A stretch of DNA of 64,000 nucleotides from the human T2T-CHM13v2.0 reference genome, Homo sapiens. Each line of letters starts with the position of its first letter. Within the stretch, counting starts at the first letter, position 1. Made by a program: the position numbers and the translations under genes. The notes beneath the pieces are model-generated. The model saw only the letters and a program-made list of their open reading frames with translations. It had not been told where the DNA came from and did not search any database. Where the stretch lies: the NCBI RefSeq assembly GCF_009914755.1, contig NC_060941.1; one strand, written 5' to 3'. Shown piece after piece: positions 14,116-35,556 of this stretch.

Positions 14116-14208
14116 GTGTAATATGGGCGGGACTCTGGACTCAGCATATCCAACAAGCTGCTGGCTGATTCCGACGATGCCGATGAATTGCCAGGTTGGG
14201 AACTGCTG
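13967..14208. mobile_element. MER5A-like DNA transposon overlapping the FAM106 ORF 3' end
   Basis: cagtggtttcc...cttattagaatgcagattct...aacaagct...ggttgggaactgctg. Confidence 0.65.
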
Positions 14209-15146
14209 CCCCCAGAGAACCTAGCAGAGAGCTCTGTACGTGGTAGGTGCTCACTGCCCTATTGTTTGGGTGTATGCCTCCTGATAATGAACTTGATCAT
14301 AACATTATTGTTGCATTATGCCTGTATTGTTTCCTTAAGTGAAGGAAGAATGCTTTTGAGTACCTAATAGGTGGCAAGCTCTGTGCCTACTTACATACAT
14401 GAACTATTCCTTTTAATAACCTTTGGAGATAAAGTGGCATTTCCATTGGGCATTGGAAATCTGAAGACTTTCGTTTACAGCTGTTGCAACAGCAGAACTA
14501 GAATTCGACCTCCGACATTTCTGCTCACCAGAGGGCATGAACTGCTGGTTTGTACCTGGCTTGCAGATACCTTCTTTGGGCAGCACAATGTTCAAAATTA
14601 AAAAAACTACCAACACTTCTAAACTGGATACTTTGTATCAATATCTGGGTTTCTGGCTTCTCTTCATGGGAAAAAAACAAACAAAAAAAAAGGTTTGGTG
14701 AACACTGGGGCCCACATTCCTGCAGGGCAACAGTCACATGGAGACTTTAGATGGGCACGTGCCCAGAACACACTAGAGTCCCCATCGGTCCCCATTCTCT
14801 TACATTCTATTCCCAACTAGGTTCTTATAGGCCTGGGTTTGTGCCTGTTGCACACTTATCTACTCTCTTGCTTCCCACTGGTCAGGAAGTCTGGCAAACT
14901 TAAAAGGCCTCTTTTTGTTGCTCTCTCCTGTATGGATCTCTCATCATAGAGGTGTGTGCATTTCTGACTTTGTGATTTCAATACTAAGGAAGCTGTCGGC
15001 ACATTATCAAGGAAAACGGGGATCGCTGCTCCCCAACGTACACATTCTGGTGTGCCCCAGTAAAATTCTGTATTCAGCCTCCAAACTAGCTGGGAAAAAT
15101 GTGGCAAATCATCTACTTGCTCCAATTCAATGGTGTTTAGAAGTAG

Positions 15147-16284
<1,138 letters not shown>

Positions 16285-16940
16285 ATTTTATACATTTTTA
16301 ATGTGTATTCTTGTTTTTGGAAAATGTGACCAGAGGACTATTAAACTCTTTTAGCATCAGTGTAGCAAGGAGGTAAAAAAACAAACAACAAAACAAACAA
16401 AAAAAACCCTTTTTGTAAAATAGGTTTGAGTATCGTTGGATTGAGCACTTACCAAGCAACTGTGCCAGGCATTTGTGTCCTTCATTTAATTCTTACAAGC
16501 CTGAGTGTTCGGTATTTTAATTTTATAGGTGAACAAATAGAAGCTGAGGGTGAAGGACCTACAGCTGTCACCTTTATCTCTTCTCAACACTGCCAACTGT
16601 CCCCTTGGATCTCCCAGACAGACAACAAGGGACATCTCTGGTTTCTCGGTGCCCCCTAGAAACCTCGGGTCATTTCAAGGCATTATGCAAATGAGAAGCT
16701 TTCCTTCTCTTCACCTCATCTCCTGATCTGCACAAAAGTGACTGTAGGACCCAGTGTAGGTACCGATGTAGGCACCAATCCTCAGTTTACCACCTGCTCT
16801 CTACTTGCTTCCCTGCCATAACTTTCTAAAAGGGATGTGAGCCATGTTTAAAGTCACCTGGTCACTGGAGGGATCTTGTTCTACCCTCTGTAGTAGTACC
16901 TCTGTAGGGTAGTACCCACTGTAGGGATCTTGTTCTACAT

Positions 16941-17300
16941 CAGTGGTTGCCAACCTTTTTGGCACCAGGGACTGGTGTTGTGGAAGACAATTTTCCACGG
17001 ACTGGGGGGATGGGGGGAATGGTTTCAGGATCAAACTGTTCCACCTCAAATCATCAGGCATTAAATTCTCATAAGGAGGGCACAACCTAGATTGCTAGCA
17101 TGCGCAGTTCACAATAGGGTTCGTTCTCCTGCGAGAATGGCATGCCGCTGCTGATCTAACAGGAGGCAGAGCTCAGGCGGTAATGGGAGCAAGGGGGAGC
17201 GGCTATAAATACAGCTCACCGCTCACCTGCTGCTGTGCAGCCCGGTTCCTAACAGGCCATGGACGGTGCTGGTCTGTAGCCCAGGAGTTAGGGAATCCTG
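16941..17300 (-). mobile_element. MER1B (hAT-Charlie MITE), full length
   Basis: cagtggttgccaacc...ttagggaatcctg termini; degenerate 8-bp TSD ttctacat/ctctacag; internal sequence matches recalled MER1B consensus. Confidence 0.85.
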
Positions 17301-17606
17301 CTCTACAGAGTTTCCAACCTCAGAGATGAAGCATCCCCTCTGTAAGTCAGAAAGAAATTATTCAAGTAGGAGAATTAAAACAGGATCACAGAGAGGGAAG
17401 CTGAAGAATTTGACATTCTGTGTTTACTTGTATGAGGAAAAACAGCACATAGAGGCATCCACAGTAATTAATTTGTTTGGATAACAGTTACAGATAAACA
17501 GGTACACCCCATATACAATTACCAATACTTTTTATACAGTTCATATTTCAGTACATCAACACTGTTTTATTTACACTCTATTTATATACATTAACATCTT
17601 TTTAAA
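16968..17606 (-). repeat. Left arm of 639-bp inverted repeat (USP32 3' end plus MER1B)
   Basis: Reverse complement of 28994-29632; 10 mismatches by manual comparison, no indels. Confidence 0.97.
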
Positions 17607-18192
17607 TTGGGATTATTGTCCATATGTTTTATATTTTTTATTCCAGTGATTTCCCTTTTAGGAATTTATCTGAGGGGAGAATACTCTGTAATTACTCCAT
17701 AATTTGCAGGCAAATATCATCATAGCATTTTTTAGGAGAGTAAAAAGTTATTAACAACTTATATTTGTCTCACATTAGAGGAATGGTTAAATAAAGCATG
17801 GTGTATTCATTGGATAAACTATAATGCAGTTGTTGAAAATGATTACCAGGAGTTTTTGCTAACATTTATGGGAACATGCTTATGATATGTGAACATTTTT
17901 TTAAAAACAAGACATAAAGTTGCATATACTGGAAATAATACCTTCAATATTGAAAAAAATACTATTTAGGAAAAAGGACAGAAGAAAATCTGCCAAAATT
18001 TTGACAGTGGTTGCCTTTGTATTAAGAATATAAAAGGATTCCATGCCTTTTTACATTTTTCTCTGCTTTCCAAAATTTCCACATGAATATTATGCCTAGT
18101 AATCAGAAAAAAATACAGGGACACTCACTCTTATCCTTTACATTTCTCTCCTGTTTGGACCTCAGATTCCTCAGTAGAAAATTAAACTAGAT

Positions 18193-18426
<234 letters not shown>

Positions 18427-20327
18427 TTAAACTAGACAAATTCTTAGGCCTCTCTCTCTCTTTTTTTTTAATAGTCTTATATGAAGACTATTACTTCATT
18501 TCCTGTGTTTTGTGTTAAGATGAGCTTTAAAGCAACTCTGAAAAAGAAGAGGGTGCCTATAAGTAATTCATAGACTGTTTAAACAATAGTAGAGGATCTA
18601 AGCATAGATCCCAAGAGGTAAAGGGAATCTTTATCACTTTGGGAACTTTTACTGATAAATAGAAATTACTGTCAGTACAGTCCACAAATATGTTGTTTAT
18701 CAGCCATCTTTCCTCCCTGTCTTCCTCTAGCACTGTAGCCTGTGTTCCCCAGAAAATATAGTCAATAAAATTCAACATTCTTTACTAGCTTACTCTAATT
18801 TGTGGTTGGCCATAAAGTATTCCTGGTAGAGATAATAGAGATAATATTTAACTGGCCATGAGAAAGGAAACACTATCGTATATGATACACCCCTTTTTCT
18901 ACTCATTCCAACAATGATGATACAGCACGTTTCCTTTTGAAGCACGTGTTTTTTCCTTGAGTGACCAGTTCAAAAGATGATGACAGTTAATATCTTGTTA
19001 CTACAGAATTTGTACTCAAAAAAGAAGTCTATAACCCAAGTCCAAGCCAGATTTCTTTTTCTAAAAAAAGAATTTTCCTCTAAGTTCCCCTTTTTAAATG
19101 AGCTCTTTAGCCTGGATAATTATGCAGTGCTAGAACCTTAACTGCATGATCAAACCCAACCTTGCTTGTTTATAACAGCATTTGACAGCCTCGTGACTCT
19201 CACATAGGGAAAAAGTCTCGCCTGAAAACCCATGCTAAGCTGCATGTCTTGAGCTGTGCCAATTTGTATTCCAGGCAGCCTAAGGTTCCCATCGTGAGTT
19301 TCAGGAAGGGAAATTCATGGAGGAAGTTCACCTCTGGAAGGGTGAGGAGCAATAAATAGGGTGGGTGATGGACATATGTGACGTTTGCCACAGAGAGGCA
19401 GTCAGTATGGGCCTTGTGGTCCGGGCTCTGCTTTGGGACACAAATATAAACTGTGTGAAGTCTTACGGTAGCATTCATAACCCTGATGCTTCACCCACCT
19501 TCCCATACATTAGAGGGACAAACAGAAGGATCCCAGCTCTATGGTTCTTGATTGTTTGTCAGGTAGCAGCCAGGCATGGAGAGGGAAAAATTCTTTCTTT
19601 TCTGCTGCACTCTAGATCCTTCCTTCTCTCCTCCTTCATTCTACACCACCCCCAACACATATCCCTGCACCCCGCCCATTCTTTGCTCTCTCCTTTCTTA
19701 CACTTAACTCCTTCTTGCTCCACAGCCTAACATGCTGATTAACAGGACCCCAAAGGTTTGGGTGGGTATTAGGGGCCTTCTCAACAAAAGCAGCACACTC
19801 TTGAGCTTGTTCTTCCTTTTGTTGCCATCTCAGATAAAAAGGCCCCATGAGGGAGGAGACAGATAAGTATAGACTTGGTATTCTGATAACTCTGTGTTAC
19901 ATGGGATCAGATGTAAATGAGTTGTACCCTGTGATGTTTCATGCTCTGCTGTGTTGTCTTCTCATGGTGAGCTTTTCTGTGCCCTTATTTCATCCAGCTC
20001 TGGTTTCTGTGTTTCATGTTATTTCTCCTAGCCTCTGTAAACTCTGCAGCATACGAATAATGCTCTGGCTTTCTGATTAAAGATAAATGGCTTACTATCA
20101 TCACCCCTGGCTTGAGGGCCAGCTCACATGTAATCCCTTATAGGATTCCAAAGTTGTTAAATAAATGCAGTTCTTTTTGTCATTTTGAAGCATTCAAAAA
20201 TTTTTCAAGAAAAGCTATGATCATATAAATAGAAATTTTATCCAGAATGTTACAATGTAACATTTGTGAATAAATGTGTAGGTGCTGTATTTGCTCAGAC
20301 TCTAGTTTGGGTTGTGTTTTCTTTTCC

Positions 20328-23914
<3,587 letters not shown>

Positions 23915-25214
23915 CAAAACTATTTTCATAAAAATACTAAGACAATATGTGCCTTTTCACTTTTATTCTCTCACAGATGTACAATGGTGTAAGAGACAAC
24001 ATGACGTGGAATAATATCGTCACTTTGACAGTGAAGATCTGTGCTAATGTATTGTACTTTTTCATGCCTCAGTTTTAGTTTCTAATACAGGAAATATTGA
24101 TAGATAAAATTCACATAAAAGTTCTAAAGGTTCTCAGTAATTTTTAAAGGTATAAAAGGGGGTAGGGGTAAGAGGCTATAACCAAAAAGTTTAAAGCCTT
24201 ACAGGATTTTTGTGAGACATAGAGGTAACAATGGACAGCAAGAAATTCCCAGTACCATGCCTAACAATAGGAAGTACTCAGTAAATGGTGGTCGCATTTT
24301 TTGTCTAATTTTACAAAGGAGAGGAATATGTATTTGGAAAACTCCTTACTCTTAATAATTAGATTTTTTTCAACTGAATCTGACATAAATCATCTTTCTG
24401 CTATTTTCTGAGTCCCTATAACCTACTTTACATTTTCAGGACATTGTTGCTTATAGGGACTCGGCATTGAAGAAGACAAAAATGTAACTTACCTGCTACA
24501 CAATAGGAACTAAAGGGTAGCCAGTCACGACTCCCCTGTCTTTACCTTTGTGTGCACATTTGTGAAGCTAACCTCAGAGTTAGCATTTGGGGCTGGCTTA
24601 CTTTGTGGCATTTGGATTTGTGAATCTTTTCTTCTGTCCTGTTCACAGGTTCTCCTTCTTCATCAAGAAAAAGTGGAACCAGCTGTCCCTCCAGCAAAAA
24701 CAGCAGCCCTAATAGCAGCCCACGGACTTTGGGGAGGAGCAAAGGGAGGCTCTGGCTGCCCCAGATTGGCAGCAAAAATAAACTGTCAAGTAGTAAGAAG
24801 AACCTGGATGCCAGCAAAGAGAATGGGGCTGGGCAGATCTGTGAGCTGGCTGACGCCTTGAGCCGAGGGCATATGCAGGGGGTGGGCAGCCAACCAGAGC
24901 TGGTCACTCCTCAGGACCATGAGGTAGCTTTGGCCAATGGATTCCTTTATGAGCATGAAGCATATGGCAATGGCTATAGCAATGGTCAGCTTGGAAACCA
25001 CAGTGAAGAAGACAGCACTGATGACCAAAGAGAAGACACTCATATTAAGCCTATTTATATGCAATTTCAGTAAGTGGTTTATTGTATGGTTTTCGGAGAG
25101 TGGTCTGTGTTTTGTTCACTTGTCTTCATGTATTCATCAGCAAGTATTTTTCACGTCCTGCTTATTTCCTAGCATTGAGCTTAGTGATAGAGAAAGTTAA
25201 CATAGAAATCTGGG

Positions 25215-26855
<1,641 letters not shown>

Positions 26856-28993
26856 TCAGGTTTAGTAATTACAGAGGGTTGGTCTTCCCTTTCCTGGCAA
26901 GGATTTAGAGCCATAATAGTGATGGCTTTTTGTTAAAGGTTTTTCTTGCCCTTTCAGGAACGTCACCCTGATGAAATTGACACCGACTCTGCCTACATTC
27001 TTTTCTATGAGCAGCAGAGGATAGACTACGCACAATTTCTGCCAAAGATTGATGGCAAAAAGATGGCAGACACAAGCAGTATGGATGAAGACTTTGAGTC
27101 TGATTACAAAAAGTACTGTGTGTTACAGCAAAGCTACCACTCTGGCTGCTAGACAGCTTGGTGGGGAGGGAGATGACTCCTTGTAGCTGATACTTGGCAA
27201 AGATGTCACTGAGAGGCAAGCTAAATGTAGTTATTTTATCCTGTTAGAATACAAATTCTAATTAAAATAGTTAACTTTAAGAGTAGTAGTAATTTTATTT
27301 TGAAGTCTCATGCAAGTTGTCTGATAGAGAACTTTCAGGCAGATCCCACCATTAGCCTGTAAACAAAAGGTTTGGCACCAGCCACCTGGGACCAAATAAG
27401 AATTCAATTGTGCTTGTCCAGATATGAACAAATATGTAGTGAGTATAGAGTTTATCAATAATCATAACAAATATTAAAGATTTCCTTGGAGTCAAAGTAA
27501 AAAACAAAAAATTGTAATGTTGTCTAGGGATGACATGATATGCTACCTCCTTTTTCCTGAAGTTTTATTCCATTCTGTTGACAAGATGGAGAAAGCAAGA
27601 TCATGAAGGTGTGCAAATGATTCTTACGGCATGGGCGAGGATTTTTCAATTTATTTTTTAAAGTTTCCATACCCTTTCTTTGTCTTTCTTGCTTTTTGTT
27701 TTTGCCGTTGTGTTTATGTTTGAGATACAACCAGTCATTGGTGGCAGGGGCATAGAGTGGTCAGTCTGAAAGGGAGGCTCTCTTAAGAGCTATGTGCCTT
27801 CCACCCAGAGGGAGACCCAGTAGAAAGAAAAACATCCTGGGAAATCCAGCTACCATGGCCCTCCCAGTGGAGGCATCTTACATTTAGGATACTTCAAGTA
27901 TCCTCAGAAATGTATTCTGCACCCCCGGCCCCGCCCATGCTGAGGGAAGGGGAGCAGTTGCCAATATTTGCACCATCTTCACATGCACATGTTGCAACAA
28001 GAGCTTCTGGGAAGGTAAGCGGCATCGGAGCTAGATCACGTTTCACAATTAGTGGTTGTTCTTTTCCGTGTTTATTTTGCACTTTAAAAAAGAGAGAACG
28101 CATGCAAATGAACTTGCTTGTGTGTATTTGATGGCTCTAAGGGCTATAAATTACAAACAAAACACATCCCAGACATTAGGAGTTCATAAGTATATTTAAT
28201 GAAATTGGTGGTTTTAGGAAGTCAACTTTAGTTTTGCTTTGTTTGCATGTCCACTAATTTTTTTATTTTGATATTAGTCTTTTTTAAAAAATTTTACAGT
28301 AGTCATTGAAAGTTATGTTTCTTTGTTTACTTCATTTTTTTCTCTATTCAAGACTGGGACAAAAGTATAAATATTATTTATTTCAGGTAGAATTTTTTTC
28401 ATGTAGTTTTTTAATATATACTTGAAGGAAATGTTTCACCTTATTTTTGGTCTTTGTTTATTCATTTAGACCCTGCAAGTTGATTCTCATTAATTGTCAG
28501 ATTCCACTACACTTTCTTCCTCATAGGTAGTAATTACCAGTGTAACTAAGCATTTGTGTTCTGATATCTGAGGCCAGTAACTATTAATATCTAGTTCTCA
28601 GAGCATTTGGAAAGGTTATCTTAAATGGCTACCTAAATTGAAATCCTTTTCAGAAAAAATATAATTGCAAATAGGTAGGAGTGGCCTAAATTATCTAATG
28701 TAATAAAGTCAGACAAAATGCATACTTTATAGTTTCAAGATTTTCAGTATATAAAATCTGTCCTTTCCTACCTGGACATGTCCCATTAAAAAGTGGGAGA
28801 TTTTAAATAATTTCTTTACAGATGTTTTATTTAAGCAGGTAGCACAATCTACTAATGTTGTTTGATCTGTGTTTGTTATACTGGTTGTAATTAATTTTTT
28901 TAATTCATGAACTAGCGGAAAATTTATTAAATTAACTATTAACCACATTCACCTTGTAAATGACTGTATAAAACTTGTTGACAATGCACTGAC

Positions 28994-29632
28994 TTTAGAA
29001 AGATGTTAATGTGCATAAATAGAGTGTAAATAAAATAGTGTTGATGTACTGAAATATGAACTGTATAAAAAGTATTGGTAATTGTATATGGGGTGTACCT
29101 ATTTATCTGTAACTATTATCCAAACAAATTAAATACTGTGGATGCCTCTATGTACTGTTTTTCCTCATACAAGTAAACACAGAATGTCAAATTCTTCAGC
29201 CTCCCTCTCTGTGATCCTGTTTTAATTCTCCTACTTGAATAATTTCTTTCTGACTTACAGAGGGGATGCTTCATCTCTGAGGTTGGAAACTCTGTAGAGC
29301 AGGATTCCCTAACTCCTGGGCTACAGACCAGCACCGTCCATGGCCTGTTAGGAACCGGGCTGCACAGCAGCAGGTGAGCGGTGAGCTGTATTTATAGCCG
29401 CTCCCCCTTGCTCCCATTACCGCCTGAGCTCTGCCTCCTGTTAGATCAGCAGCGGCATGCCATTCTCGCAGGAGAACGAACCCTATTGTGAACTGCGCAT
29501 GCTAGCAATCTAGGTTGTGCCCTCCTTATGAGAATCTAATGCCTGATGATTTGAGGTGGAACAGTTTGATCCTGAAACCATTCCCCCCATCCCCCCAGTC
29601 CGTGGAAAATTGTCTTCCACAACACCAGTCCC
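28994..29632 (+). repeat. Right arm of 639-bp inverted repeat
   Basis: Reverse complement of 16968-17606; mirrored ORFs in the track (17266+ and 29116-; 16801- and 29515+). Confidence 0.97.
29300..29632 (+). mobile_element. MER1B copy truncated at a duplication junction
   Basis: Same element as 16941-17300 but lacking the terminal 27 bp. Confidence 0.85.
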
Positions 29633-29693
29633 GGGGGATGGTGAGCAGAGCAGTGCAATGGCCTGACCTACCAGGTAAAGGCTCCCTCTCGAT

Positions 29694-29910
29694 CAGGATT
29701 TCTCAACCCAGCACTAGTGACACTTGGGGCAGGATCATTCCTTGTTACGGAGACTGTCCTATGCAGTGTGGGATGTTCAGCAGCACCCCTGACCTCTGCC
29801 TACAAGACGCCAGGAAGGACCCTCTGTCTGAGTCGTGACAAAGAAAAACATCCCCAGACCCTGCCAAATGTAACCTGGGGGGCAAAAACACCCACATTTG
29901 AGAACCATGG
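29694..29910 (+). mobile_element. MER20 DNA transposon
   Basis: caggatttctcaacc...ctgtcctatgcagtgtgggatgttcagcagcacccctg...ttgagaacca. Confidence 0.8.
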
Positions 29911-31344
29911 TTCTAGGATATAGGAGTGTGGACACAGGCAGCTCAGGTTTACACAGGCTGGATTTGAGGTGCCTGTGAGACCTGCTTGCTGAGATTCTTT
30001 TGAGCAGTCAGACAGGAGGGGCTGGAACCCAGGAGAAAAGTCTGGGCAGCTTTGCTGTCTTCAGGCTCGGTGGCTGTTAGAAGGAATGTGGCAGAAAAAA
30101 AGAAAGCGATACCCAAAGAGTCTATTTCATTTAATTTAAATTTTTGAGCAAGGATTATGCTAAAGTCACCAGGCAAGAGACCGAGATGAGCCCACCTCAC
30201 AAACCCAGAAACCTCAGATCCAAGGCAGCTGTATAAGGTACAGATCGTTCCGGACTGTAGAAGAGAGGTTTAATCCAACTTCATCAGGAGAGAAATGCCA
30301 TTATCCACTGAACTATTTCTTGACTATCTCCTGTATGCTGGTCAGTTTCACTCACATTGTCTCATTTAATCTTTGACAAACTAAATAAAAGTGTGAAGTA
30401 AATATTTTCCCCTCCCTTTTTTTTAAAGATTAGAAAACAGAGGCTCAAAAGGACCCACATACTCAGAGTCACCCTGTCAATGACAGAGGTGGAGTTTGAA
30501 CACAGGCTGTTTAATGCCAAAGCCCAATACTGGCTTCTGGAAGCTTCTAGAAGGAGGGGCTGGAACTTCGCATTGAAGACGTTGAGGGGCAGTGTTGCAG
30601 GAAAATGAGAGAGGGAAACATACCAGGCAAAGGGAACTGCTTGGGCATGGCTTCGGCAGAGAACGAGGTACAGAGATTTGAGGACAGGATGATTTCTTGG
30701 AACACAGAGCTTGGTTCAGTAGAAAGAGCCCAGGAAAGCCAGGATGTGGCCAGTTGAAAGGGAGGGGCTTTGAGCCATTTTGCATTTGTGGTGAGCCATT
30801 TTGCATTTTACTCTATTGGCATCAAGGAGACAAGTAATGAGAACTCTGACTTGGGAAAAATGTTAAGGATCAATTTATCTCAAATATCACATGTAGCTCT
30901 TAAGTCTGAGGGCCCTCTATTCCTCATCTTACCTAAAAGGCACAAACACACCTCTCCAAGTCAGGTATAGGGCCCCCAACAATAGTTGCCTGGTCAAAAA
31001 ATGTATCCTCAGAGTTTACTACTACTACAGTAAATCTGGACACAGTTTCTGAAAATTTTTGTTTCCCTAAAAGTTTCCATCAAACTATATTCACTGACAT
31101 GTAATGATAATCATCAAGACTAAATCACATCCCAGGAGGTATCTGAATGCAACCGTGAGGTGCTCCTTCATATCCGAAGATGCATTTATAACAATCTGGA
31201 AAACAGTCTAGATCTTCTTGGAAGTTAGACCTTCAACTTTATCTGAATTTTGATGATAAATGAAGAGCTCTTCTTGTGCAGTTTCTGAGGTTCTTCAAAA
31301 GAGTGACTGTTTCTCTGTTTCCCCAGAAAAATACTACAATATGT

Positions 31345-31700
31345 GGTGTGTGTGTGTGTGTAGGTGCCTGTGCACATGTGTGGGTGTGTGTGAATTTGCC
31401 TATATGTGTTTGTGGATGGAGTAGGTATACATGCTGTGAGTGTGTGTGTGGATGTGCATTGTGAGTCTGGGTGGGAGATCATGAGTGCATGTGAGTGTGT
31501 GTGGATGGAGTAGGTATACATGCCTGTGAATGTGTGTGTGGATGCGGATGTGTGAGTGTGGGTGGGAGATTGTGTGTGGATGCATGTGAGTGTGTGTGTG
31601 GATGGAATAGGTATACATGCTGTGAGTGTGTGTGTGGATGCGGATGTGTGAGTGTGGGTGGGAGTTTGTGAGTGCATGTGAGTCAGTGTGTGTGGCGAGT
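31345..31700 (+). repeat. (TG)n-rich complex repeat with a ~90-97-bp higher-order unit
   Basis: gtggatgga(g/a)taggtatacatgc recurs near 31412, 31501 and 31598. Confidence 0.9.
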
Positions 31701-32543
31701 GTATGGAAGTGGGTAGCCCATGCATAGAGCATTTCTTAGCCTACTTGACAGCTTAGGAGCCACCTCCTCCAGGAAGCCTTCCTTAATCTGTCCTTCGTCC
31801 TGCCCTTCGGGACCCAGGTGACACCAAGTATGCAATTGCTCTATCCCTGCAGGCCTGCCCCTCACTCATCTCATCCCCAAACACAGACACATGCAAGAAA
31901 TGTGACCCTCCCTTCCCAATACAACACTAGGACATTTGATTCCCTTTGTATTCCCAGTACCTAGTGCAATGTCTGGTACACAGTAGGTCATCAGTAAATA
32001 ATAAATTGAATTAAACCTTGCAAAGGCCTCCAAATATCAGAATTAGTAAGCTCTAAAGGCTTTGTTTATTCCTGCAGATTCCTTCTCAGGTTTCAGCAGG
32101 TCATAGAGAACATCTCTTCCACCAGTCCTAGTCTCAATGGGACAGTAAATGAAACAGAAATACCACCATCCCATACCCTCCCCTTCAGTCCCTCTAAAAT
32201 GAGCTGCCGCTGCTGGGGGAACCAGAGCTAAGCTTCTGCAGAGGCCTCTGCCCATGTCACCCCAGCTCCGCAGTCCTACCTGGCATGAGTCTTCCTATAA
32301 CTATACCTAGGCTTCCTGACTGCTCTGTGGGGACACCCAGCCTCATTGCACCACAGGATGCGGCAGTCAGAGCAGGGCTTCTTACACTTTAACATGCATA
32401 CGATCACCTGGTTAGCATGTGGATTCTGATCCAGTAGGTCTGGGATGAGGCCTGAGATTCTGCACATCTAACACGCTCCCAGGTCCTGCTCATGTTGCTG
32501 GCCTGTGGCCCATCCTTCCACCAGAAGCGTTTAGAAGGCTTTA

Positions 32544-33040
<497 letters not shown>

Positions 33041-34902
33041 TCCTATACTCATTGCTCCCAGTCCACTAAAGCAGAAAGAAAACTGGACTGGGCGTTAGGT
33101 GACATGAACCCCAGTCCCAGCTCCGCAGGCCTCCAAGGCTCTCTGGCCTCTGTTTCCTTTCCTATAAAATGGGGTAACATAGTGGCTGGCCTGGTTATTT
33201 CAAGAAGAGAGTGTGAGATTGCAGAGAGAGCGTGGGCTTTCTGGTGTCAGAACAAGTTTCTAATGAGGAAAAATGACTTGCCTTCTTGGAGCCTCACTGT
33301 CTTCATCTGTTAAGTTACAGGGGAAAAGAAAATATGGGATATGTAAGTGTGCAATGCCTGTCAGCTGCCAGAAGTGCAGCAAATGTTAAATCCCTTCTCT
33401 GCTCAAAAGGCTATGATGGAAATTCAAAAGCCCCTTCTCAGTAAGGCCCTCTGGACACCCAATCTGAAATGTCAGGCCCCTCCCCCTTTTCTCTTTATTG
33501 CGGATCACTGTCTAACATTTGACTTCTTTATCTGGCTTATCGTCTCTCCCTCAGCGAAGGGCTATGCCATGAGGCCGGGAATTTGTGTCCGGATGGCTCA
33601 CTAATGTATCTGTGGTGCCTAGACCAGCGCCTGGGACATGAATCTTTGTCGAGTGCATGGACCAGCAGTGCTTTAGATATTATGCTATTGCGTTATTAGA
33701 ATCCATTTCTTCCACACCTCTGAAGCCAGAATAATGCACGTGGAGAGGTTTTAAAGCTGTGGAAAAGCAGAGCCCTAGAAGAAAACAGCCCAGGCTGAGA
33801 CTTTGGGGACAACAGGAGACAGAAGAATACTTGATGATTTCATAGTGGGAGGCATGGAGAATTAACGTAGTCAAGAGCTGCGAGGCAATAAGAGGAGACT
33901 CTTGGGCAGCCCTCAAATAGAATATTATTCCTCCTCCTCTCTCCACCTTACCCCAGGTACAAGAGATGAATCCTGTTCCCCCATAAGCCAGCTGATTCCA
34001 TGACACAGCAGTCCATGCAGTCCCCAAAATTTATCCCAACTGCCTTCCTCATGCTCAGCTTCCAGGCTGCTCATTTCCTTGGCTTATTCACCCTGCATCA
34101 GTTTCTAGTGTGGCCCAGTCTCCAGGATCAACACAGTCAGTTTGGGATTCTCTATTCAAGCTCTGATATTGATTTCATATTCGCCCTCTGGCTTCAGGCA
34201 CTCACTTGGGTCAGGGGCACCCTACAGTCTGAGCCCCTTTCGGGGAGAGAGTGGAACAGAACATGGGTTTGAGGTCAGGTGGCTCTGGGTTCTGACCCTG
34301 AGTCCTTGAATCACTAGGTTTTGCTATCTTGGTCAATTTACCTGACCTCAGCTTTCCTATTTGTGAGATACAAAGAGAAATATTATATTGTAAGCTTGTT
34401 GTCAGCAGTGATTCTCAAAGTTTGGTCTTTGGAACATCAATCCTATGAGATGGAAAAGGTTTTTATTATCAAGTGAGTTTGGCAAATGCTCAATATCATA
34501 TCCTCATCTTGGGAATTCTCAAATAACAAAAGAATGGGTTCCACTTTCATTAACTCAGTTTTTCTAAACAACAAAATTCCTTTTTGCAAGGAATACCTGT
34601 TAGCATCCTGTAGAACCAATGTTTTGTGTAATCCATGGTGGGGAAAGCTGCTTGGGAAGATTAGAAATGCTCAACACCAGGCCCTCTGCTCGGCTCCTGG
34701 CACATGCATCGTGGACACCAGGAAGCATGAGTGCCTGTTGCATTTCTTCCTAATGTCGGGTATGTTTGGTCAAACCTTTCCTGCTTATGCTACAAAAAAA
34801 AGCATTTTAGGGTGTTGAGACAAGTAGTTTTCCCAAATATTTTTTGAGCCCTTCTCGTGAAAGGGAAATAACACAAACTGAAGTTAATGACATCTGTACT
34901 TT

Positions 34903-35218
<316 letters not shown>

Positions 35219-35556
35219 TGAGCCTAGCTGTGAAGAACAGTCACTCTTGGATTTCTGGGAAGTGACTACTCAGACCTGCACCAACAGGAGTTGGTGAAGT
35301 TGGGTAACTTGCCCAATGTAGCAGAGTCTGAGCTCTTTCTAGTGACAACACCACCCCACACACAAATTAGGGTATGTCCCATCATGTAGGTCCAGGGGAT
35401 CTGAATACCTTCATGTTTCATCCTTCTAAAAAAAAAGTCCAGCAATATGTATCCTAAAAGCCTTACAAAATCTTCCCATTTGGGGATGCCACTTCTGAAA
35501 TTACTATAAGGAAACCATCTAAAATAAAGACAAAGAGCTGTGCATAAAAATATTCA

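Noticed and set aside
24729-25073. 114-aa USP32-like ORF as a functional gene
   Set aside because: Non-ATG start inside a pseudo-exon; upstream stops, a frameshift, loss of the ND-motif Asp and no Cys box in the window.
31225-31732. His/Thr-rich ORFs
   Set aside because: Translation of the (CA/TG)n tract.
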